64,000 bases of DNA from an uncultured Actinomycetes bacterium. GTDB taxonomy: Bacteria > Actinomycetota > Thermoleophilia > UBA2241. The position numbers and the translations under genes were made by a program. Numbering within the stretch: position 1 is the stretch's first letter; every line of letters begins with the position of its first letter. The notes beneath the pieces are model-generated. The model made no database searches. It saw only the letters and a program-made list of their open reading frames with translations, and had not been told where the DNA came from. The stretch covers positions 128,001 to 192,000 of the forward strand of contig CAVPVX010000010.1 of NCBI GenBank assembly GCA_963709345.1. The letters run 5' to 3'. Positions 7,953 to 15,699 of this stretch are shown here, piece by piece.

Positions 7953-9317
7953 ATGGCAGCCAACCTCATCGACGACAGTCACCTCGTCAAGACGCGCGAG
8001 ATGTTCGCCAAGTGCCAGCAGGTCGTCTCCGGCGGCGAATCCAGCTACGCGCGCCTCATCGGTACGCGCCCGATCGTCATGGAGCGCGGCGAGGGCGCCT
8101 ACTTCTTCGACGTGGACGGCAACGCCTACATCGACTGGTGCATCGGCTACGGCCCCATGATCTTCGGCCACCGCCCCAAGCCGATCCTCGACTCGATCGT
8201 CGCCCAGATCACCCAGGGCGGCATGCTCTACACCTTCCCGCACGAGCTGGACTACGAGGTCGGCCGCAAGATCATCCAGGCGGTGCCCGGCATCGACCAG
8301 GTGCGCTTCGCCAACTCCGGCAGCGAGGCGACCCAAGCGGCGATCCGCCTCGCGCGTGCCTACACGGGCAAGGACAAGATCATGAAGTGGGAGGGGAGCT
8401 ACAACGGCTTCCTCGACTGTCACGCCTACTCGCACATCACGGCGATGGGGGCGGCCGGCACCGAGCGCTTTCCGCGCGTCCAGCCGTCCTCGGCCGGCAT
8501 TCCCAAGGCACTCGACGACACGATGGTCATCGGCTGCTTCAACGATCTGGACGCCGTCGAGACGGTCATCAGGCGCAACCGCGACGAGCTGGCCTGTGTG
8601 CTCGCGGAGCCGATCCTCGCCGACGCCGGCATCATCCCGCCGGTCCCCGGCTTCCTCGAGGGCCTGCGCCGCATCTGCGACGATAACGGCGTGCTCCTCG
8701 TCTTCGACGAGATCATCACCGGCTTCCGGGTCTCGCTCGGGGGCGCCCAGGAGCTGTACGGCGTCACCCCGGACATCACCTGCGTCGCCAAGGCGGTCGG
8801 AGGCGGCACGCCCGGCGCGGCGGCCTTCGGCGGCAAGAAGGAGATCATGGCACTCGAGGCCGACGGCACCGTGCTCCACGGCGGCACCTACAGCGGCAAC
8901 CCCATGACGCTGGCCGGCATGAACGCCGCGCTCGACATCCTGATCAACGACCGCGAGCGCGTGTACGGCCACCTCAACTCGATCGCCAACGCGATGGTCC
9001 AGGGCATGCGCGGCATCTTCACCGAGAACGGCGTGCCCGCGTACATCAGCCAGGTGGGGCCGATGTGGCAGGTGTTCTTCGGCCAGGAAGGCCCGGTCAC
9101 GAAGTACCGGCAGGCCCGGGCCAGCGACACCCGGTTCTTCGGCATGCTGCAGGCCGAGTGCCAGATGCGCGGCGTGTACTTCCACAACTTCAACTTCGAG
9201 CGCTTCTTCGCGAGCACGGCGCACACCAAGGCCGAGGTCGACCGCAGCCTCGAGGTGATCGCCACGGCGACGAAGATCGTGAAGGACCGGCTCTCGAATC
9301 TGCCGGCCGGGGTCTGA
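7953..9317 (+). CDS. Class-III PLP aminotransferase (GSA-aminomutase-like subfamily)
   Basis: DVDGNAYID, FANSGSEAT, FDEIITGFR, PDITCVAKAVGGG (PLP lysine), GTYSGNP. SD AAGGAG. Confidence 0.9.
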   Translation: MAANLIDDSHLVKTREMFAKCQQVVSGGESSYARLIGTRPIVMERGEGAYFFDVDGNAYIDWCIGYGPMIFGHRPKPILDSIVAQITQGGMLYTFPHELDYEVGRKIIQAVPGIDQVRFANSGSEATQAAIRLARAYTGKDKIMKWEGSYNGFLDCHAYSHITAMGAAGTERFPRVQPSSAGIPKALDDTMVIGCFNDLDAVETVIRRNRDELACVLAEPILADAGIIPPVPGFLEGLRRICDDNGVLLVFDEIITGFRVSLGGAQELYGVTPDITCVAKAVGGGTPGAAAFGGKKEIMALEADGTVLHGGTYSGNPMTLAGMNAALDILINDRERVYGHLNSIANAMVQGMRGIFTENGVPAYISQVGPMWQVFFGQEGPVTKYRQARASDTRFFGMLQAECQMRGVYFHNFNFERFFASTAHTKAEVDRSLEVIATATKIVKDRLSNLPAGV

Positions 9318-9443
9318 GACGGCCTGAGCGGCCGCGACACGAGTGGCCCGGGGGCGCCCGAGCGGCGCCGGTGGAGATGATGCGACGGGGGCGAGGCGGC
9401 CGGAAGGGCCACCCCGCCCCCGTCGTGCGCGTGCTGCCGGCCT

Positions 9444-9851
9444 TCAGCTCCGGGGTGCGTACCGCGTGAAGCCCTGCTCGTCGAAGTGCGGGTCGAGGCC
9501 GAGATAGCGGTCGATCTCACGGCGGCGCATCACCGCGAAGCTCACGCAGTCCACGAGACTGAGGCGACGCCGCCGTGCGGTCAGCAGCGCTTGCAGGCCG
9601 AGCGCGTGATCCGCATCGGTGACCCAGTGGATCTCGGCCATGGGGAGCATGTCGTCCATGAGTGTGCGGACCGCGTCCACGCCGAGACGCCGCTGCGTCA
9701 GGGCGGTCGTCTCGAGTACGACGTAGTTGCTGGTCACAAAGCCCTCGCCGTCGTCGATACCGCTGTCCCAAGCGGGGCGAAGGAGCTCGTGACCGACGTC
9801 GCCGATGTCGAGGAGAGCGTACAGAGCGGTGGTGTCGACGAACACAGTCAT
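9444..9851 (-). CDS. vapC: VapC-type PIN-domain toxin
   Basis: VFVDTTAL, YVVLET, LSLVDCVSF, LDPHF acidic PIN residues. ATGA-coupled to the upstream small gene. Confidence 0.9.
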   Translation of the reverse strand: MTVFVDTTALYALLDIGDVGHELLRPAWDSGIDDGEGFVTSNYVVLETTALTQRRLGVDAVRTLMDDMLPMAEIHWVTDADHALGLQALLTARRRRLSLVDCVSFAVMRRREIDRYLGLDPHFDEQGFTRYAPRS

Positions 9852-10099
9852 TCGTCGATGGAATCTGCGAAGTAGTCGTCGTGGCGCACGGAGACGTCGC
9901 CAAGCCCCGAGCGGAAGCGGCCGCAGGCCGCCTTGGCTCTGCGCCTGCGTTCGTCGAGGCTGACACCGGGGCGCTGCCGCAGCAAGCTCTCATCGACGGC
10001 GTTGCGCACCACAGCCGAGATCGAGACCTGACGCTCAGAGGCTTGGCGACGCAACGCCTCGACCGCGGACTCGGTGAACTGGATCTGCATGCGGATCAT
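9848..10099 (-). CDS. CopG / ribbon-helix-helix antitoxin (VapB-like)
   Basis: MIRMQIQFT..LRRQA....SISAVVR.AV and C-terminal DVSVRHDDY. ATG at 10099 follows GAGG. Confidence 0.85.
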   Translation of the reverse strand: MIRMQIQFTESAVEALRRQASERQVSISAVVRNAVDESLLRQRPGVSLDERRRRAKAACGRFRSGLGDVSVRHDDYFADSIDE

Positions 10100-10120
10100 G
10101 GTGCGCCTCACTTCGTCACT

Positions 10121-10164
10121 GATGGTATCTATGCCAGTATGATGGCATGATTCGGGACAGGCAA
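10121..10164 (-). promoter_or_regulatory. vapBC promoter with overlapping palindromic operator
   Basis: On the minus strand TTGCCT-17 bp-CATACT. Inverted repeat ATGCCA-N6-TGGCAT (10131-10148) covers the -10 box. Confidence 0.6.
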
Positions 10165-10189
10165 GGGCGCCGTGGATCAGTCCGGGTGA

Positions 10190-11566
10190 CTACTCCACGA
10201 GGATCGCGCGGAAGTCGTTGACGTTGGTGCGGGTCGGGCCGGTGACGACGAGGTCGCCGATGGCCGCGAAGAAGCCGTAGGCGTCGTTGGCGATCAGCAT
10301 CGCGACGGGGTCCGCGCCGGCGTCGCGGGCCCGGGCGAGAGTACCCGGCGTCACGATCGCCCCGGCGTTGTCTTCGCTGCCGTCGATGCCGTCGCTGTCG
10401 CAGGCGATCGCCGAGACGCCCGGGTGTCCGTCGAGCGCGAGCGCCAGGCCGAGCAGGTACTCGACATTGCGGCCACCGCGGCCGGACCCGGACACGGTGA
10501 CGGTCGTCTCGCCGCCGGAGAGCAGCACGAGCGGTCTCTGCGGGCCGGTGAGGATCGAGCCCTCGATGTGCGCGACGCCACGCGCAACCGCTTCGCGCAG
10601 CGCGACGAGCGCCGCCTCTCCGCCGCGCGCGCACGCGATCGCGAGGGCGCCGTGCGCCCCGCCGAGGTTGCGGGCCTCTCCCTCGAGGTCGCCGCCGAGA
10701 GTCACGACGTCGAGGCCGGCGGCGCGGGCGCAGCCAGCCGCCGCCTCGAGTGCGTCGTCAGCCGTCGCGAGCATCACGACCTCGTCGCCGGCGAACGCCG
10801 GATCGGCGGGCTTCGGGGTCTCGGCCACCGAGCCCGCGGCGCCGGCGCGCAGGTGCTCGCGAACCGCCGGAGGCGCGGCGACCTCGTACTTCTCCAGCAC
10901 GTCGAGGGCGGCGGCGAACGTCGTCGGATCGGGCACGGTCGGCCCGGAGGCGATCACCGAAGGGTCGTCGCCGGGCACGTCGCTGATCAGGTACGTGACG
11001 ACGCGTGCGGGGTGGGCTGCGGCGGCGAGGCGACCGCCCTTGATCGCCGAAAGGTGCTTGCGCACGCAGTTCATCTCGTCGATGGCGGCGCCGCTCCGGA
11101 GCAGGGCGGAGCTTACGGCGCGCTTGTCGTCGAGAGAGACGCCCTCGGCCGGCAGCGCCAGCAGAGCTGAGCCGCCGCCCGAGACGAGGCAGAGCAGGAG
11201 GTCGCCGGCGGAGAGGCCGCCGGCGACCTCGAGGATCGTGCCGGCCGCGGCTCGGCCGGCCGCGTCCGGCACTGGGTGCGCGGCTTCCACGACCGCGATG
11301 CGCACGCACGGTATGCCGTGGCCGTAGCGGGTGACGACGAGGCCCTCGAGAGGGCCGTCCCACTCGCGTTCGACGGCCCGCGCCATGGCGGCCGCGGCTT
11401 TGCCGGCGCCGGCGACCACCGTCCGGCCGGCAGGGATCTGCGGAAGCCGCCCGGCCAGCAGTTTGTCGGGGTCGGCCGCCGCGACCGCGGCGCCGAACAG
11501 CGAGCGTAAGAGGGCGCGCGGCGTGAGCGGGTCGCCGTTCGCCGCCGCGCGCCACCCGCCGGTCAT
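10190..11566 (-). CDS. Glycerate kinase (MOFRL / TtuD-type glycerate 2-kinase)
   Basis: GAGKAAAAMA, EAAHPVPD, LVSGGGSAL, VRKHLSAIKGG, ISDVPGDD..IASGPT, SGGETTV, GRGGRN, TGPTRTNVND. Start taken at ATG 11566. Confidence 0.93.
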   Translation of the reverse strand: MTGGWRAAANGDPLTPRALLRSLFGAAVAAADPDKLLAGRLPQIPAGRTVVAGAGKAAAAMARAVEREWDGPLEGLVVTRYGHGIPCVRIAVVEAAHPVPDAAGRAAAGTILEVAGGLSAGDLLLCLVSGGGSALLALPAEGVSLDDKRAVSSALLRSGAAIDEMNCVRKHLSAIKGGRLAAAAHPARVVTYLISDVPGDDPSVIASGPTVPDPTTFAAALDVLEKYEVAAPPAVREHLRAGAAGSVAETPKPADPAFAGDEVVMLATADDALEAAAGCARAAGLDVVTLGGDLEGEARNLGGAHGALAIACARGGEAALVALREAVARGVAHIEGSILTGPQRPLVLLSGGETTVTVSGSGRGGRNVEYLLGLALALDGHPGVSAIACDSDGIDGSEDNAGAIVTPGTLARARDAGADPVAMLIANDAYGFFAAIGDLVVTGPTRTNVNDFRAILVE

Positions 11567-11594
11567 CTGGGCACCTGGGCGCGCGGCTGTGGTG

Positions 11595-12755
11595 TCACGC
11601 CCTCCACCTCGGGAGGCCCAGTTCGTCCGCGTTGACGATGCTGGGCGCCGCTGCCGGCGGCTCGGGGTCGTCGAGGAAGGGCGCGACGTCGTCGCGCCCG
11701 GCGATCGGCGGCCACACCGGTAGACCCTGGATGACCGCCGCGGCGTTGGCCGCGGCCAACGTCGCCATGCCCTCGCGCGTCCAGGTTGTGGCCGATCCCA
11801 GATGAGGCACGATGACGACGTTGTCGAGGTCGGCGAGGCCCGGCGCCATGCTGGGCTCGTGCTCGTAGACGTCGAGGCCGGCACGGAAACACGGATGGGT
11901 GCGGCAGTGGGCGACCAGCGCGGCCTCGTCTATCAGCGGGCCGCGACTGGCGTTGACCAGCACCGCGGTCTCCTTCATCGCGGCGAGCTCGCGCGCGCCG
12001 ACCAGGTGACGTGTGCGCTCGGTGAGCGCGGCGTGGATGCTGACGACGTCCGCGGCGCCGAGAAGCTCCTCCAGGTTCCCTGCGCGTCGGCAGTGGACCG
12101 GCTGCTCGCCGCGCGCCGCAAGGAAGGCGCCGTAGTCGGCGACGTAGCGCTCGAGCTGGTCGTTGGCGCGCACGTCGTAGTAGACGACGTCCATCTTGTG
12201 ACCCTCGACCATCATGCGCGCGTACGCCTCTCCGATGCGCCCGGCGCCGACGACGCCGAGAGTGCCGCCGTAGAGGAGCGAGCCGAGCAGCATGCGCGGC
12301 AGCCAGCCGTGGTACTTGCAGGCGCGCATCAGGCGATCGCCCTCGACGACGCGCCTCGCGGCGGCGAAGGTGAGGGCGACCGCAAGCTCGGCCGTGGTCT
12401 CGGTGAGGACGCCGGGGGTGTTGCCGACCGGCAGGCCGCAGCTCGTCGCCGCGGCAACGTCGACGTTGTCGTAGCCGACCGCGAACTGGCTGTAGATCGC
12501 GGCTCCGGCGGTCTTGAGGCTTTCGAGGAGCGGGGCGGACCAGGCCTCCGTGAGCTGGCCGATGGCGGCGTCCACGTGATCGCCGAAGGCGGCGTTGAGC
12601 TCGTCCGCCCCGAGGATGTCGTCGCCCTGGGCGATCTCGACGCGGCAGTCGGCGGCGGTGAGGATCTGGAGCCAGCGGTCGCCCGGCAGCTCCTTGCTCA
12701 CCATGACTCGGCGTGATCCGCCCTTGTTCACGACTCTCCACTCGCGCCGGCTCAT
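11595..12755 (-). CDS. Hydroxypyruvate / glyoxylate reductase (D-glycerate dehydrogenase), plant-HPR-like
   Basis: AVGYDNVD, NTPGVLTETTAE, GAGRIG, VNASRG, GLDVYEHEP, PHLGSAT. N-terminus V.SKELPG.RW..IL....CRVEI resembles plant peroxisomal HPR. GGAGG before ATG 12755. Confidence 0.9.
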   Translation of the reverse strand: MSRREWRVVNKGGSRRVMVSKELPGDRWLQILTAADCRVEIAQGDDILGADELNAAFGDHVDAAIGQLTEAWSAPLLESLKTAGAAIYSQFAVGYDNVDVAAATSCGLPVGNTPGVLTETTAELAVALTFAAARRVVEGDRLMRACKYHGWLPRMLLGSLLYGGTLGVVGAGRIGEAYARMMVEGHKMDVVYYDVRANDQLERYVADYGAFLAARGEQPVHCRRAGNLEELLGAADVVSIHAALTERTRHLVGARELAAMKETAVLVNASRGPLIDEAALVAHCRTHPCFRAGLDVYEHEPSMAPGLADLDNVVIVPHLGSATTWTREGMATLAAANAAAVIQGLPVWPPIAGRDDVAPFLDDPEPPAAAPSIVNADELGLPRWRA

Positions 12756-12778
12756 GCACACACCTCCTGGACGACGAA

Positions 12779-12809
12779 GGACAGGGTGATGAGACCCATC
12801 ACCCTGTCC
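12779..12809 (-). terminator. Expression-platform hairpin (attenuator-like) just upstream of the reductase RBS
   Basis: Perfect 13-bp stem ggacagggtgatg / catcaccctgtcc, followed on the minus strand by TTCGT and then GGAGG. Confidence 0.6.
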
Positions 12810-12853
12810 GCGGTGGGGGCGACGAGCGCCCGTCGCTTCAGGGGGCCCGTAGA

Positions 12854-12963
12854 GTCGCGTTCCGGTGGCCTGAGAGTTTCGGCGACGCGTCCGGCGCCGT
12901 CCTTGCCCCTTCGGCGCCCGCTCGCTCCGCTGAGCGGCGGACTCTCACGCGACCTTCATCCGG
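12854..12963 (-). ncRNA. Glycine riboswitch (single aptamer)
   Basis: Minus strand reads GGATGAAG-GTCGCG-TGAGAG...CGCCGAAGGGGCAA...AAACTCTCAGGC...GGAA-CGCGAC. P1 is GTCGCG / CGCGAC and the conserved GAGAG, CCGAAG and CTCTCAGG blocks are all present. Confidence 0.88.
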
Positions 12964-12983
12964 GCATCCTCGGTGTTGAGCGC

Positions 12984-13012
12984 AGAGTAGCACCCGGCGC
13001 GGGGCGTGACAA
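12984..13012 (-). promoter_or_regulatory. Sigma70-type promoter upstream of the glycine riboswitch
   Basis: On the minus strand TTGTCA-17 bp-TACTCT with an extended TG. Confidence 0.6.
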
Positions 13013-13040
13013 CGAGATGGACCGGCGTCGTCGTCTGCCT

Positions 13041-13391
13041 TCACAGGCTCAGCACCCACCAGACCTGGTAGGTGACCACGGCGGCCAGCACGGCGGTGAG
13101 CAGAACCGCGGCGACGGTCGCCGAGCGGTGTGCTCGCAGGCGCCAGAGCAGCACCGCGCCCACCGTCACGATGCCGAGCTTGAAGGCCAGCGCCTGTGCC
13201 GTTCCGGCCCGGAGGAAGAAGTCCATGATGTCGTTCGACTCGGTGGCGAAGCCGAGCCACATCGCGTGGCGGGTCAGCGCGAGGTCGGCGACGTTGAGCA
13301 GCCATAACTGGACGAGCAGCAGCAGGAGGAACCGGTCTCGGGCGGCGCTGGGGCGGGGTCGCCCGGTGATCGCCCGGTGCTGCCAGTTCAC
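13041..13391 (-). CDS. Small membrane protein (DUF5658-like)
   Basis: LLNVADLALT...G..E.N..M...L.FK pattern, three hydrophobic helices, coupled to the upstream gene. Confidence 0.7.
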   Translation of the reverse strand: MNWQHRAITGRPRPSAARDRFLLLLLVQLWLLNVADLALTRHAMWLGFATESNDIMDFFLRAGTAQALAFKLGIVTVGAVLLWRLRAHRSATVAAVLLTAVLAAVVTYQVWWVLSL

Positions 13392-14614
13392 TGCGGCAGC
13401 TCCGTGGTCTCAACCCGGACGGCGCCTGCGACGGTCGCGAGCCACGCCGCCACGCCGCCGCTCACCGCGACCTCTGTGACGGGGCCGGGGACCGCGGCGA
13501 TGGTGAAGGCGGGGCCATCGCCGAGGCGACGCCCCCGGATGCGGTAGCCGGAGGCGGCGTCGTCACGCTCTGCCCAGACGGCGGTCCGGCCGTCGAAGGC
13601 AGGACCGACGAGCCCTGCGACGCCGGCCGCCACGGGGCGCGTCGCGCCTCCGTCGACGGAGGCGGCGAGGACGCTTCCTGCTGAGTCGACGCCTGCGGCG
13701 ACCTGTCCCCACACGAGCGTGCGCGCGCCGAGGGCGAAGCCCGTCAACTCGCCGCTCTGCCCGCCGGTCGCCAAGGGCCACGCGCGCCCACCGCTCAGCT
13801 CACGAGCCGTGAAGGGCCCGCTCGGCCCGCGAGACCAGACGACCAGCCCGTCCGAGACGACCGGCGTGCCGTACTCGGGGGCGATGTCGAACGGGGCGCC
13901 CGTGATGATGCGGACGCCGCCGAGGCGCGGCTCGCCGATCTTCGCCGCCGCGCACCACACCGCGGTCTCGCCGGACACGGAGGGGTACGAGTAGACGGAG
14001 CCGATGTCGGCCACGGCCCAGCGGCGCCCGCTCGCGGTGTCGTAGACGACCACCTGAGCCGCCAGTGCGCCCGTGGTGTCGGCCTCGAACCAGACCGCGT
14101 AGCGCTCGCCGACCGCGGGCGCCCAGGTCGAGCGCATGCCCGGACCCGGCCCGAGCAGGCGGAGCCTGCCGGAGGCGAGATCGAGATACTCGATGGACGG
14201 CCCGTTCTGCCAGAGCAGCCGTGGGCCGCTCAGCGCGAGGCCGCTGAACCGGCGCCCGGGACTGCCGGTGACGCGCCAGCCGTCTGTCGTCTCGGCGACG
14301 GCCGGTGGCCGCAGTGAATACGCGCGCTCCATGCGGAACCAGGCGGTGCCCAGAACCGCGCCTGCGAGCAGGACAAGGAGGGTGATGAGGCCGGCGCGCA
14401 GCCACGACGGCCGCCGTCCCGGGCGGGCGTCGCTGCTCGCCCCGGCGGCGAGGGGCGGAGCCGGGCACTCGTCGCCGCGCGGGTCGCTCACCTGACGTCG
14501 CTCCGCGCTGCGACACTCGTTCCCGGCCGCGGCCGGGGGTCGTCGTCTGGGCACACGCTCCTGCCGGCCATTCTGCGGACTCCGTTCCGGTGCCGTCGTG
14601 GACGGTACCGACAT
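13388..14614 (-). CDS. Hypothetical membrane-anchored protein with repeated beta-strand (propeller-like) units
   Basis: One TM helix, then repeats of the form P.VSG..AVW / P.FDG..AVW. Start uncertain. Confidence 0.65.
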   Translation of the reverse strand: MSVPSTTAPERSPQNGRQERVPRRRPPAAAGNECRSAERRQVSDPRGDECPAPPLAAGASSDARPGRRPSWLRAGLITLLVLLAGAVLGTAWFRMERAYSLRPPAVAETTDGWRVTGSPGRRFSGLALSGPRLLWQNGPSIEYLDLASGRLRLLGPGPGMRSTWAPAVGERYAVWFEADTTGALAAQVVVYDTASGRRWAVADIGSVYSYPSVSGETAVWCAAAKIGEPRLGGVRIITGAPFDIAPEYGTPVVSDGLVVWSRGPSGPFTARELSGGRAWPLATGGQSGELTGFALGARTLVWGQVAAGVDSAGSVLAASVDGGATRPVAAGVAGLVGPAFDGRTAVWAERDDAASGYRIRGRRLGDGPAFTIAAVPGPVTEVAVSGGVAAWLATVAGAVRVETTELPQ

Positions 14615-14811
14615 GATGGCACAGGGACCGGGACGACAGCATCCGGGACGCTCGCGGCCGGGCCGCGGCGCGGCTGCGCGGATCCCCCCGGTGTCGCTAT
14701 ACTACTCCGACCTGCCTACGGAGCAGACCGACAAAGGATGCAACTCTTGCTGCATAGGTCGAGGGGTTATTCGTCGCGGTCCGGTCGTCGTCCTGTGGCG
14801 GGGGAGCGGGC

Positions 14812-15699
14812 GTGACCGACGTCCTGCAGCAGGTGCTCAACGGCATCAGCCTGGGAAGCACGTATGCTTTGCTCGCTTTGGGCCTGGCCATCGTCTTCAG
14901 TATCGTCGGGCTGGTCAACTTCGCCCACGGCGAGCTCATCACGGTCTGCGGCTACGTCATGTTCGGCGGCCTCGCTCTGGGACTGCCTTGGTGGGCCTAC
15001 GCGCTGCTCGGGATCCTCGGCACGGTGCTAGCCGCGCTCGCCATGGAGCGCCTCGCCTTTCGCCCCGTCCGTCACGCGAGCCCACTGACGATGATGCTCA
15101 CGTCTCTCGGCGTGAGCATCATGATCGCCGCCGCCTTCGAGAGCTTCGTTTCGCCTCGCGTGAGGGCGGTGCCCGCTCCCGGCTGGGTGTCTTCGGCGGT
15201 GCACGTCGGCGAACTGCGCATCCAGGCCGAGCACATCCTGACCATCGGCGTCACCGCGGTGGCCGTGCTCCTCCTCCTCCTCCTCCTCAAGCGCACGGTC
15301 ATCGGCACCGCGATGCGCGCCGCCTCCGAGGATTTCGACGCCGTCCGCCTCATGGGCGTCAAGGCGAACAAGGTGATCGTCGCCGCGTTCGCCATCTCGG
15401 GGCTGCTCGCCGGCCTGGCCGCCGTGCTCATCCTGGCCCGTCGCGGAGCGGTGAGCCCGCACATGGGCGTCTTTCTCGGCATCAACGCCTTCGTCGCCAA
15501 CGTCATCGGCGGGCTCGGCAACATCTGGGGAGCTCTCGCCGGAGGCTTCGCCCTGGGCTTCATAGAGGTCATGCTGCGGGCCTGGCTGCCGGCCGGCATG
15601 AGCGGCTTCACCACCGGCTTCGTCTTCCTGTTCGTCGCGATCGTGCTCGTCCTGCGTCCGGGCGGGCTCTTCGGCGAGGTCAGCGCGGAGCGCGTGTGA
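14812..15699 (+). CDS. livH: Branched-chain amino acid-type ABC transporter permease (LivH-like)
   Basis: QQVLNGISLGSTYAL.ALGL..VF....VNFAHGE, G.AMRA.SED...A.LMGV, IGGLGN..GA. Confidence 0.9.
   Translation: MTDVLQQVLNGISLGSTYALLALGLAIVFSIVGLVNFAHGELITVCGYVMFGGLALGLPWWAYALLGILGTVLAALAMERLAFRPVRHASPLTMMLTSLGVSIMIAAAFESFVSPRVRAVPAPGWVSSAVHVGELRIQAEHILTIGVTAVAVLLLLLLLKRTVIGTAMRAASEDFDAVRLMGVKANKVIVAAFAISGLLAGLAAVLILARRGAVSPHMGVFLGINAFVANVIGGLGNIWGALAGGFALGFIEVMLRAWLPAGMSGFTTGFVFLFVAIVLVLRPGGLFGEVSAERV

Noticed and set aside
7953-9317. hemL (glutamate-1-semialdehyde aminomutase) call
   Set aside because: It lacks the typical PGGVNSPVR and YHGH motifs and has no tetrapyrrole neighbours, so it is kept as a generic class-III aminotransferase.
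15268-15288. (CTC)7 simple repeat in livH
   Set aside because: It is an in-frame poly-Leu run in a TM helix. Slippage would not shift the frame.
14598-15695. N-terminal extension of the 1015-aa ORF
   Set aside because: It overlaps livH out of frame. The real permease-ATPase starts at GTG 15696.
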